Both the position numbers and the translations under genes were made by a program. The notes below the pieces were generated by a model. It ran no database searches. It worked only from the letters and a program-made list of their open reading frames with translations, and was not told where the DNA came from. A stretch of DNA of 22,557 nt from Pseudomonadota bacterium (GTDB lineage Bacteria > Bdellovibrionota > Bdellovibrionia > Bdellovibrionales > SG-bin7): positions 1 through 22,557 of the forward strand of contig JAWXAY010000058.1 in NCBI GenBank assembly GCA_034439715.1, in the 5' to 3' direction. Below, piece after piece: positions 1 to 8,583 of the stretch. Every line of letters starts with the position of its first letter. The first letter of the stretch is position 1.

Positions 1-62
1 ATCAGCCTGAAACCTGAGCCGAGTGGTTAATTCAACCAGCTAAACTTAATTGAGCTCCCACT

Positions 63-100
63 AAAAAAGGAGAGAGACAAATACCTGTCTACTTTTTTTT
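63..100. terminator. Probable intrinsic (possibly bidirectional) terminator of the gene upstream of the window
   Basis: AAAAAAGGAGAGAGACA-AATACC-TGTCTACTTTTTTTT: AGACA/TGTCT core stem, flanked by an A-run and a T8 tail. Confidence 0.55.
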
Positions 101-223
101 AACTGTTTATAGTTTTGACAGTGGCTAAACAAGAAAGGGCCAGAGCAATTATTCAAGCCGTAAAGTGGCCCAGAGGGTTCTGCCCCAGATGGCTAACGGC
201 CTGAAAAGACTTAAAATTGAACG

Positions 224-239
224 GGGCGCAGAATTTGCG
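224..239 (+). promoter_or_regulatory. Putative sigma54 (-24/-12) promoter
   Basis: GG(225-226)-CGCAGAATTT-GC(237-238): exact GG-N10-GC spacing with TTGC at -12, about 34 nt before ATG 272. A second near-copy TAGCATCAGTTTTGCA lies at 243-258. Confidence 0.45.
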
Positions 240-271
240 AACTAGCATCAGTTTTGCAATTCTGAATTTTG

Positions 272-3200
272 ATGAATTTCTTAAATTATTACCTACGTTT
301 GATTTTAGTCTTTACGATGGTCTATTCGGGTCCTGGTTACGCCTATGGCCAAAATGCTAAACCGTCCCAACTCTCGCAAGTCGTTGTCAGCGCGCCAGGC
401 GCCGAACTGAGTTTGAATTACAGCCCAAAACTAAAAAAGACTGCTGAGCTCAACGATCAAACGATTAAGTTTTCACAGAAGCTTTTTGAAAAGTTAAAAA
501 TAAACATTCAAAAAGGAAATGTAACCAAAGAGGTTATAGCAGACATAAATATCGCCAAAGCTACTGCACAGGAACTTCAAATCTGGAAGGCCGGAAACCT
601 CTATGCTGGCGGAGGAGCACACCCTTACCGCGCAACAACAGCAAGACTGCCACTTGAAGTAATGCTTTTTTATTCGGCTATATTTTTTAATACCTATATT
701 TCAGGAGTCTTTTCTAGCTGGAGTTCGAGTTATGAAATGGACCCCGCCGCATTCCATACGTTTATGAAAATGCTTCAGGACCCGATAGGCATATTAAGTT
801 TTTATAGTTTTATGATGACCAGCACCGCAATTGGACAACGTGGACACAATATGGTCGGACGCTTGGTAAAGTCATCAACTGAATATTTTAAAGAGTTAAA
901 TAAAGACATTGCGATTAAGGCTTTTGCCGGTGCGAACAAAGATTTTGCTAAAATGCCAGACTACCGATTACCTGAAAATCTCGCCAAAACTAAAGCGGTG
1001 CGTGGACGTGTCAGTTACATCTTAAGAACAATTGGCCCTGTCGGCATGGCATTTGGTATGACAACCAGTCATTTCTTTGATCAAATTCTTCACGATGAGG
1101 ATTTGAAAAAGTGCAACTCAACTTGGCTAAAGGCATTTTCTAGCGAAATCCCCGTTTCGCCCCAGTGGAAAGAGCATTGCGACGTGGCCTACGTTAAATG
1201 GGTAAATTCGGGAACTATTTTTCGCTTGTTGCCTGATCTCGGAGCCATGTTGACTTCAATGACTATTTCACATCTTTTGGTAGGCGGAGTATCAAGTTAC
1301 CTCAGCACTCATCTAGCGAATAAGAACAGCGTTAAGTGGATATTTAAGGGATTGCAGTTAGGGTTCACATTTACACCAATGGGTAAAGTTATAAATGTCA
1401 CTGTCGGAAAGGCGCTGTTTTCTATTTCAAACTTTATGGTGTTTTTGGCTATTCAAGACCATATCGCTGCACCTGTTTTTAACGAAATCTTCAAAGAAGA
1501 TATTGATAAACACATTATATATGCCCAATTTGATAAACTTTTACAGGGCGTAGATGAGCTTAAAGATAAAAATTGGAACGAAAAAAAAGAAGTGTGTAAG
1601 TCAGAAAATGAGCTCTGGTGTCTGTTGAGCTTTGCGAAGCAAAAACTTTGGGATTCAACTACATTTTCGGATAATCTGGTGAGGTTGAACCAAGTTATGA
1701 GCCAACACCGAGCCCAACAATTGGCAGCTGCTTCTCAGGCCAATCAAAGTTGGGTTGATTTTACTCATGAATACATAGTCAGCTATCAGTCAGCCTATCA
1801 AGCTTACAAACAGTTTATCGTTCAAGATGGTAGTGGCGATGTTGATCCCTTTCAACTTCGCGAATATTTACGTGGAGTCCATATTCGAAAATTTGGAAAA
1901 GCTTTTTTTACACGTGATGATTATATAAATGAAGAACTAGGTTTAACTCTAGATCAGTATTTGGAGTCGAAAAGTGTCGATATGCCCTTAGCCAAGCGAA
2001 AGGGCTATTTGCGAACTGAGAGATTCCTAACTATATCTGATGCCGCACAAAAGATTACACCATGGTTAAAAGACCCCTATCACGGCCTTACCCAAACAAT
2101 AACCGCAATTCAAAAACAATTTACTTTTGCGGATGAGCGATACGAAATATTAAGCTTAATTAGCGGTCCAGAAAAAACAGAGTATTTAAAGCTGTCAGAC
2201 AGGAACAGAAAAATCTGGGAGTTTAATAAAAGAAGTCGAGAGGCAGCAATCGGTATTATTATATTAGACCGTGCCCTCATTCAGTTAATGGAAGAACAGG
2301 GCTATACCGACCTTGAGCAAGTACCCATAGAAAACATCTTGGTGCAACTCAAGATTTTTGTCGGCAACTTTTATCCTGAAGGTGACGTCGGTGAAATGCA
2401 GGTATTAGAATTGGCCGTTAACAGCGATATTATGGATCCCAAAAATCTAGAAATTTTGCCAAAGAAATTGGATAGTGTAAGAACACCAAGGCATATTGAC
2501 TATCTTATTGCATCTATGGCGTGCGGACCGATAGCTGAAAAAAATAATCACTTTAATCTTTCGCAACACCTAAACGAAAACATTTCTGTGGGAGAAGCCT
2601 CGGACATCATTAAGGCAAATAGCGAATTGGTTGCTAAAGCGTGGGGAGGAATTTTGCAGTTCTTGCCGCCGCGAATTGTAACAAATCCCACAGACCAAAC
2701 AGTTTGTAATCAAGGATTTTTTAGTCGCGATCTATATTCGGGACCGATTTCAACTACAGGCGCTATGTCAGCAGTTAGCCCAGTCCCCAAAACCTACAAT
2801 AATATTTTTGAGTATATTCGTGGTGACATCAAGCCCTCAGTCTTAGGCGTGGGCGCAGATAATAAAATGAATTTTGACACTTGGTGGGAGCAGAACACAG
2901 GTAAACTTACGCGTTCTGTATTCACTTACCTAAGAGCCCGTTATCGCAAAATTCTGACCCAGCATTTTTATCCCGCGATTGTCACTGGGGAGCAAGATAT
3001 TCGCGATGATTTTGGTTATAAATATTCAGAATCAAAAAAAATTAATGATAAGAACTTTAAAGCTAAAAAGTTTTATACGCAGCCATTGTCTCGAGGTGTT
3101 TTAAGTTCCATCGAGCAAGAGGCCGAATTTTACATAGATTTTCTCTTATATCTATACATGAGTGGAATCTCTGGCGGAAAGCAAAATGAATTGGTCTCCT

Positions 3201-3643
3201 TAAAAAACTCTCTAAAAAATCCTACGGAGTTTGAAAATTTTTGGAACTCACTTCATGGTGCGGAGCCTGAACTTGATGATAAAAAGAAAAAGAAGCTTGA
3301 AGAATTAAAAACATTTTTTACTGAAACTCTAGGCATGTTTAAAAAATCTCATTTAAAAATTCGAAAAATTGGCCGAGGGCCCAATGACCTCAAACTTGTA
3401 AGGACAAAGTTGAAGGAACTTGAGGATTCACAAAAGATTCTCCTTAATCAAATTAAGGGAATAGGCGTGATTTATTTTGGCGAGAAGTTTTCTAACGATC
3501 AATTGGAGTTGCCATTAACTAAACTAGGCACACGTGAGCATTATGTGGAGTTGGCTCTTAAACGCCTAAGGACTCTGGCTAATGAAACGGGCCTCTATGG
3601 CGGCATGGCAGGCAATTTAGCCGAGAGCTTTTTTGGTGATTAG
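272..3643 (+). CDS. Large hypothetical exported/membrane-associated protein (about 1123 aa)
   Basis: Uninterrupted ORF (TTG 269 / ATG 272). Signal-peptide-like N-terminus (RLILVFTMVYSGPGYAYG), several hydrophobic Gly/Met-rich segments within aa ~128-400, and a Lys/Glu/Leu-rich helical C-terminus. No family recognised. Confidence 0.8.
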   Translation: MNFLNYYLRLILVFTMVYSGPGYAYGQNAKPSQLSQVVVSAPGAELSLNYSPKLKKTAELNDQTIKFSQKLFEKLKINIQKGNVTKEVIADINIAKATAQELQIWKAGNLYAGGGAHPYRATTARLPLEVMLFYSAIFFNTYISGVFSSWSSSYEMDPAAFHTFMKMLQDPIGILSFYSFMMTSTAIGQRGHNMVGRLVKSSTEYFKELNKDIAIKAFAGANKDFAKMPDYRLPENLAKTKAVRGRVSYILRTIGPVGMAFGMTTSHFFDQILHDEDLKKCNSTWLKAFSSEIPVSPQWKEHCDVAYVKWVNSGTIFRLLPDLGAMLTSMTISHLLVGGVSSYLSTHLANKNSVKWIFKGLQLGFTFTPMGKVINVTVGKALFSISNFMVFLAIQDHIAAPVFNEIFKEDIDKHIIYAQFDKLLQGVDELKDKNWNEKKEVCKSENELWCLLSFAKQKLWDSTTFSDNLVRLNQVMSQHRAQQLAAASQANQSWVDFTHEYIVSYQSAYQAYKQFIVQDGSGDVDPFQLREYLRGVHIRKFGKAFFTRDDYINEELGLTLDQYLESKSVDMPLAKRKGYLRTERFLTISDAAQKITPWLKDPYHGLTQTITAIQKQFTFADERYEILSLISGPEKTEYLKLSDRNRKIWEFNKRSREAAIGIIILDRALIQLMEEQGYTDLEQVPIENILVQLKIFVGNFYPEGDVGEMQVLELAVNSDIMDPKNLEILPKKLDSVRTPRHIDYLIASMACGPIAEKNNHFNLSQHLNENISVGEASDIIKANSELVAKAWGGILQFLPPRIVTNPTDQTVCNQGFFSRDLYSGPISTTGAMSAVSPVPKTYNNIFEYIRGDIKPSVLGVGADNKMNFDTWWEQNTGKLTRSVFTYLRARYRKILTQHFYPAIVTGEQDIRDDFGYKYSESKKINDKNFKAKKFYTQPLSRGVLSSIEQEAEFYIDFLLYLYMSGISGGKQNELVSLKNSLKNPTEFENFWNSLHGAEPELDDKKKKKLEELKTFFTETLGMFKKSHLKIRKIGRGPNDLKLVRTKLKELEDSQKILLNQIKGIGVIYFGEKFSNDQLELPLTKLGTREHYVELALKRLRTLANETGLYGGMAGNLAESFFGD

Positions 3644-3788
3644 AACTGGTATGAGAATAGCAATAAATGACTAGCGAATGGTTTAAGTCGCGTAGGACGG
3701 AGCTTAAGAGGTATTAGAACCCAAAAGTGACAGAAAATGCGCAAAGTGTTTAACAATTAACAAAATAACCCTATTGAAGGAGTGAGAC

Positions 3789-4493
3789 ATGAAGAAAGTA
3801 TTACTAGGAATGACAGTGGCTACATTATTGGGAAGCGTTTTTACGGCGGACCTAGCTTTAGCAAGAAAAGGACAAAAGATTGATGCTCGCGCTTCTGACG
3901 CAAAGTTGCTATTTACCGAAACTGTAAATACACATATGAAAGAAAAGACATTATTAGAAGTTAAACTCGGCAATAAACCAGTATCGAGCGTAGAAGTTAG
4001 TTCAAAAAATCTATCTACTATTAAAGATATGTTATCAAATCTAACACCCAGCCAATTAGAAATTCGGGAATTGGTTTCAAACCTCATTAAAGGGTCTGAT
4101 AAGGGTATTATCACGGCAGATACAGCTAAAACGATAGCGTCAATTAAATTGGAACCGAGTTCAGAAAAAGAAACGCTTGTCCTTGACGCCAGTCGAATTA
4201 TTGAAAATTTGGCACTTCGAAAATCAAATGGGACAATTGAGAAAGGTTCTTACGCCGATGCAGAGTCAGCGTTTGCCACTCTACTAATTGATGCAGCCGC
4301 AGGATCAGGTCGATTTGAAAAAGCTTCGCCAGAGGAAATTAAAGGTCTGATTAAAGCGTCTAAAGTTTATCTTGATAACAAAGCTGACGCAAATGTTATG
4401 AAGCTTGTTATCGAAACCATCACCGGCAGCAAAGATGATAAAGTGAACAGTGAAAAAGCTAAAGAAATTGCTGAGCGTTGTAAAAAAGCGTAA
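3789..4493 (+). CDS. Hypothetical secreted protein (234 aa)
   Basis: AAGGAG RBS upstream. Classical Sec signal MKKVLLGMTVATLLGSVFTADLALA, then a K/E/A/S-rich, probably helical mature region. Followed by a terminator. Confidence 0.85.
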   Translation: MKKVLLGMTVATLLGSVFTADLALARKGQKIDARASDAKLLFTETVNTHMKEKTLLEVKLGNKPVSSVEVSSKNLSTIKDMLSNLTPSQLEIRELVSNLIKGSDKGIITADTAKTIASIKLEPSSEKETLVLDASRIIENLALRKSNGTIEKGSYADAESAFATLLIDAAAGSGRFEKASPEEIKGLIKASKVYLDNKADANVMKLVIETITGSKDDKVNSEKAKEIAERCKKA

Positions 4494-4526
4494 TTTAGCA
4501 TTAAATTTTTGAAATCTAAGTAATTT

Positions 4527-4560
4527 AAAATACCTGCTCCTAATAGGAGTGGGCATTTTT
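4527..4560 (+). terminator. Rho-independent terminator
   Basis: AAAATACCTGCTCCT-AAT-AGGAGTGGGCATTTTT hairpin (with G-U pairs) followed by a T-rich tail, 34 nt after stop 4493. Confidence 0.7.
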
Positions 4561-4602
4561 ATTTATTGACCATTTCAATGTCTTTAATGATACCGTAAAG
4601 CC

Positions 4603-5217
4603 TTGAACAAAAATGCACTCGATATTCTGCAAGACTACCACGCCATTCTTTCAGATGGTCATTTTGCCTACACCTCTGGAAGGCACGGTAGCCAGTACGT
4701 TAACAAGGACGCAATTTACCCACATACTGACGCCGTCTCAAAATTATGTGAATGGATGGCCGAAGGGTTTTCAAAACACTCCATCGAAGTGGTTTTAGGC
4801 CCTGCTCTCGGCGGAATTGTTTTAAGTCAGTGGACGGCGTTTCATTTGTCGAGAATACAAAAAAAAGACGTCCTAGCTGTATTTGCTGAAAAGCTCGATG
4901 AAAATAAATTTGCCCTAAAGCGCGGCTACGATGAAATTATCAAGGGTAAAAAGGTTTTAGTCGTTGAAGACATACTTAACACAGGCGGCTCGGCTAAAAG
5001 ACTAGTGGAACTTGTGGCGGCGGCTAGTGCCGAATTAGTAGGAGTTTCTGTACTTTGCAATCGTGGAGGAGTGACAGAAAAAGAGCTCGGCACTGAGGCT
5101 AAACTTATGAGTTTGGTGAATTTAGATTTTAAGACTTGGGACGCGGCGGACTGTCCACTATGCAAAAAAGGTGTGCCTTTAAATAAAACGGTAGGAAAAG
5201 GCAAAATCCCCACTTGA
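4603..5217 (+). CDS. pyrE: Orotate phosphoribosyltransferase (type I PRTase)
   Basis: GHFxxTSGxHxxxYxNK N-terminal motif, PRPP-binding loop VLVVEDILNTGGS, flexible loop FAEK...KRG, C-terminal CPLC. TTG start. Confidence 0.88.
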   Translation: MNKNALDILQDYHAILSDGHFAYTSGRHGSQYVNKDAIYPHTDAVSKLCEWMAEGFSKHSIEVVLGPALGGIVLSQWTAFHLSRIQKKDVLAVFAEKLDENKFALKRGYDEIIKGKKVLVVEDILNTGGSAKRLVELVAAASAELVGVSVLCNRGGVTEKELGTEAKLMSLVNLDFKTWDAADCPLCKKGVPLNKTVGKGKIPT

Positions 5218-5242
5218 CTAAATATTGGTGCCTCTCTAATTT
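5214..5242 (+). promoter_or_regulatory. Putative sigma70 promoter for the ferredoxin gene
   Basis: TTGACT (5214-5219) - 17 nt - TAATTT (5237-5242); overlaps the pyrE stop codon. Confidence 0.5.
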
Positions 5243-5277
5243 TATGATTTAGCAGGAGAAATTTAGTTGGAGACGAA

Positions 5278-5562
5278 ATGGCTCAATCAGCAAAGATTAA
5301 ATTAGAGATTGAAGGAAAAATTTACGACATTCAGTGTGATGCTGATGAAACTATTTTAGAGGCAGCCCTGCGCCAAGATATAGACGCCCCCTATTCGTGT
5401 ATGTCGGGAACTTGCAATGCCTGCCAGGCCAAGGTTCTCAGTGGTAGTGTCGAAATGGAGACCTGCGAAGCCCTAACCGATAGCGAAGTGGCGGCTGGCG
5501 AAATTTTGACTTGCCAAGCCCATCCAACGACGCCCGCTGTTCATCTTAAGTATCCAAACTAA
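5278..5562 (+). CDS. Plant-type 2Fe-2S ferredoxin
   Basis: Fer2 signature PYSCMSGTCNAC (Cx4Cx2C) plus distal ILTCQ; ETILEAA motif; GGAG RBS. Confidence 0.93.
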   Translation: MAQSAKIKLEIEGKIYDIQCDADETILEAALRQDIDAPYSCMSGTCNACQAKVLSGSVEMETCEALTDSEVAAGEILTCQAHPTTPAVHLKYPN

Positions 5563-5693
5563 TTATCCGGTCTAATTTCTTGGTCTGAGCCAATTTTTGG
5601 CACTGTTTATGTAGAAACTGTATATTTCCTTAGTTCAATAGGCGATTTTGCCTTACTAGGACCGCTACGCTTGAGCCCCTTCCGATCATTCCA

Positions 5694-5709
5694 TGGCACA
5701 TTTACTGCT
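5694..5709 (+). promoter_or_regulatory. Putative sigma54 (-24/-12) promoter
   Basis: TGGCACATTTACTGCT: TGGCAC -24 box, GG(5695-96)-N10-GC(5707-08), 27 nt before ATG 5736. Confidence 0.7.
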
Positions 5710-5735
5710 CATAATAACTGCAAGTGGAGGTGGAT

Positions 5736-6803
5736 ATGTCTAAGTCTAAATCGGTTGGAATATTGTTACTTTTGGTTTTTGGGCTCACTGTGGCCTTCAA
5801 CAGTTCGGCGGCAACAAGCGTTCCGACAATAAAGAAAACTAGCAAAATAGTTCCTCTAAAAAAGTCATTAAATAAGCTGACAAATAAGTCCACTAAAAAG
5901 CCCACAGTAAAGACTGCGAAAAAATCAGACGTTAGAAGGGCCTCAATAAAAGTAGCAAAAACTAATTCTATCTCTAACTCTGAAAATATTCTTACGACTC
6001 GAGCAGCCACCCAAGGGTCTGTCTCTGAAAAAGCAAAAAAATGGACTTTCGGTACTCATGTTGATTATAGACCCGAAACTTCAAAAGCATTTAATTCTGG
6101 AATTGGCTATGGCTTAGATTATTTTTATCGACCTAGCTCTTACCATACGTTTCGTATTTTTAAAGGCGCCGATCAGATAATCCTGCCCTCAGAAACTCCC
6201 GAGAGATTCGTCGTTGGAAATACCAAGTTATTCTATTATTATAAATTCACTAGCCCTGATACTAAGGACCACGCGGTCGCCATGCGTTTTCTTGTGACTG
6301 TGGGCGACTCCCAGCAAGCCCGCACAGATGGCTTAAATTCTGTTCAGAGTGCCCGCCTGGAGTTTAATAAAATGATTGGTGGATTTACACTAGGTCTTAA
6401 CCCGTATGTTTCTTACTATTGGGCGGATTATGCCACTAATGCCAAAAATGAACCTTTGCCACTTTTTGGTTTGGGTCATACTTTGCTTCTTGCTTACTCA
6501 TTTACTGATAAGTGGAGCATTGGCACTGATGTCACGACTGGGTTTAGTTTTTTGCAGCCTGAAGAAATTAGAAAAGCAAAAGTGCTAGCTGAAGCCCAAG
6601 GTCAAGACGCTAGTGCTGTCGTCGATACCACTAAATCAAGCTTTAATGCTGGTGTTGAGCTTGGCTATAAGGCGACAAAAGCATTTTCGATGCGCTTAGG
6701 TTATGCACAAGAGGACGCGCTTGTGAGCGAAGGCAAATACGGCGTTGAATTCTTAGATAAAAAATCAACTAGGGGTTACGTCGGTTTCGACTACAGTTTT
6801 TGA
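5736..6803 (+). CDS. Hypothetical outer-membrane beta-barrel protein with a Lys-rich N-terminal linker
   Basis: GGAGG RBS at 5726-5730 favours ATG 5736. Signal peptide, about 65 aa K/S/T-rich low-complexity segment, alternating amphipathic aromatic-rich strands (WTFGTHVDY, FTLGLNPYVSY, WSIGTDVTTGF, FNAGVELGY), and a C-terminal beta-signal GYVGFDYSF. Confidence 0.75.
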   Translation: MSKSKSVGILLLLVFGLTVAFNSSAATSVPTIKKTSKIVPLKKSLNKLTNKSTKKPTVKTAKKSDVRRASIKVAKTNSISNSENILTTRAATQGSVSEKAKKWTFGTHVDYRPETSKAFNSGIGYGLDYFYRPSSYHTFRIFKGADQIILPSETPERFVVGNTKLFYYYKFTSPDTKDHAVAMRFLVTVGDSQQARTDGLNSVQSARLEFNKMIGGFTLGLNPYVSYYWADYATNAKNEPLPLFGLGHTLLLAYSFTDKWSIGTDVTTGFSFLQPEEIRKAKVLAEAQGQDASAVVDTTKSSFNAGVELGYKATKAFSMRLGYAQEDALVSEGKYGVEFLDKKSTRGYVGFDYSF

Positions 6804-6902
6804 AGTAGGGCTTTACGCCAGGCATTACATATTAAATATTTGAGCTTTGAACCAATTCATCTTAATTCTTAAAGACTTGAGGCCACAGTGGCCCTGAATT
6901 TC

Positions 6903-6918
6903 AGGCACCTGTCTTGCA
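6903..6918 (+). promoter_or_regulatory. Putative sigma54 (-24/-12) promoter of the opp operon
   Basis: AGGCACCTGTCTTGCA: GGCAC and TTGCA boxes with exact GG(6904-05)-N10-GC(6916-17) spacing, 37 nt before ATG 6955. Confidence 0.75.
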
Positions 6919-6954
6919 ATGGACTTAGTCGCTTGTAAAAACAAGGGGGAATTT

Positions 6955-8571
6955 ATGAATGGTTTTTTATCTAAATTAACAATACTGTTATTTGTCGTAG
7001 CGGCTGTTGTGCCGGCACAATCTGCGACAGCAGGAAATTCGAAAAACACGGTTACCATGTCTTTGACCGGGGAACCGCCCGATCTCAATAGCATGCGGGC
7101 GACTGACACTCAAAGTGGTTTTGTTCTTGGTCACATCATGCAGGGCCTTACCTCGCGCGATAAAACGGGAAAAATTGTTCCGGGCGTAGCCGAGAGTTGG
7201 AAGTTGGATGCAACTACTGCCACATTTAAACTTCGTAAAAATGCTAAGTGGAGTGACGGAAAACCTGTGACGGCCCATGACTTTGTGTTTGCCTGGCAAA
7301 CTGTGGTCGATCCGGCAACAGCTTCTCAATATGCATTTATTTTATATCCCATTAAAAATGCCGAAGCGATAAATACAAATAAGGATGGAAAAAAGGCTAG
7401 CGACCTAGGCGTTAAAGCTGTCGATGACTATACACTCGAAGTGGCATTTGATAAGCCCTGCGCCTATTTTTTATCTTTGGCTGCATTTTCGACTTATTAC
7501 CCTGTTAGAAAAGATTTTTATTTGGCACAAGATGGTGGCAAAAAGTTTGCTGCCGACGCCAAAAATCTAATTTTTAATGGACCCTTTAAACTTGATGTTT
7601 GGGAGCATGGCTCCAAAATGAAAATGACAAAAAATGAATTTTATTGGAATAAAGAAACGATCAAAATGGATGTGATCGATATTCCTTATTTTATCATCGA
7701 TGCAAAAGCTCGATACAACCTCTACAAAGACAAAAAAATAGATATGGTAGGCTTGGACTCAGAAACTTTTAAAGAGTCTATAAAAGATTCGTTTAAAGCT
7801 AATCGCTTTGCTGATGGCAGCGTGTTTTACTTAGAGTTTAACCATCGACCCGAGCGCGTGACTCGAAATATAAAACTTCGCGAAGCTATTCGATCTATTT
7901 ACAATGCCAAAGAGGTAGTTGATAAAGTTATAGCCTTGCCAGGAAATGAGCCTGCCTACACGCTCTTTCCGAAGTGGCTTAGGGGAGTGGGTAGATCATT
8001 TAGACAGGAGTACCCCGTCAAGTCGCATAAGGTTGACTTTACTCAAGCCAAAAAGCTTCTTGAAGAAGCAAAAAAAGAATTGGGCCTAACACAGTTACCG
8101 CCGATTTGGTTTTTAGTAGACGATGGAGCGGCACCAAAAAGGCAGGCTGAATACGTTCAGGGACAATTGAAAAAACATTTAGGGTTAGATATGAATATTG
8201 ATATTCAGACCTTTAAACAGCGCTTATCTAAAATGTCGAGCGGTGACTTTGATATCGTTGCTGCCGGATGGGGACCTGATTATGATGACCCAATGACATT
8301 TGCCGATCTGTTTACGTCTTGGAACGAAAACAACCGAGGCAAATACGCAAATCCTGAGTATGATAAGGTGATCAATGAGGCAATGACAACAATAGATGCG
8401 AAAAAGAGAATGGATGCCATGGGCAAGGCTCAGGATATACTTATTCGCGATGTCGTCATTCTGCCACAGTACGAACGCGGTATTGTATATCTGCAGAATC
8501 AGAAATTAAAGGGCGTTGTGCGCTCCGTAGTGGGAGCTGATCCTAATTTTATTTTTGCAAGCGTGGAGTAG
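6955..8571 (+). CDS. oppA: Oligopeptide ABC transporter substrate-binding protein (SBP family 5)
   Basis: PGVAESW, FKLRKNAKWSDGKPVTAHDFVFAW, NGPFKL and GWGPDYDDPMTF motifs. AAGGGGG RBS favours ATG 6955. Cleavable signal peptide. Confidence 0.95.
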   Translation: MNGFLSKLTILLFVVAAVVPAQSATAGNSKNTVTMSLTGEPPDLNSMRATDTQSGFVLGHIMQGLTSRDKTGKIVPGVAESWKLDATTATFKLRKNAKWSDGKPVTAHDFVFAWQTVVDPATASQYAFILYPIKNAEAINTNKDGKKASDLGVKAVDDYTLEVAFDKPCAYFLSLAAFSTYYPVRKDFYLAQDGGKKFAADAKNLIFNGPFKLDVWEHGSKMKMTKNEFYWNKETIKMDVIDIPYFIIDAKARYNLYKDKKIDMVGLDSETFKESIKDSFKANRFADGSVFYLEFNHRPERVTRNIKLREAIRSIYNAKEVVDKVIALPGNEPAYTLFPKWLRGVGRSFRQEYPVKSHKVDFTQAKKLLEEAKKELGLTQLPPIWFLVDDGAAPKRQAEYVQGQLKKHLGLDMNIDIQTFKQRLSKMSSGDFDIVAAGWGPDYDDPMTFADLFTSWNENNRGKYANPEYDKVINEAMTTIDAKKRMDAMGKAQDILIRDVVILPQYERGIVYLQNQKLKGVVRSVVGADPNFIFASVE

Positions 8572-8583
8572 GCGGAAAACTAA

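Noticed and set aside
1..30. Possible 3' end of an upstream CDS (ISLKPEPSG*, stop at 28-30)
   Set aside because: Too short to support. It is consistent with the terminator at 63-100 but cannot be identified.
3750..3770. Short TAACAA-like direct repeats upstream of the 234-aa gene
   Set aside because: AT-rich with irregular spacing and not distinguishable from background
5278..5562. Ferredoxin as a XylT-like reactivator of the extradiol dioxygenase
   Set aside because: It is more than 12 kb from amnBA, has its own promoter, and looks like a generic acidic 2Fe-2S ferredoxin
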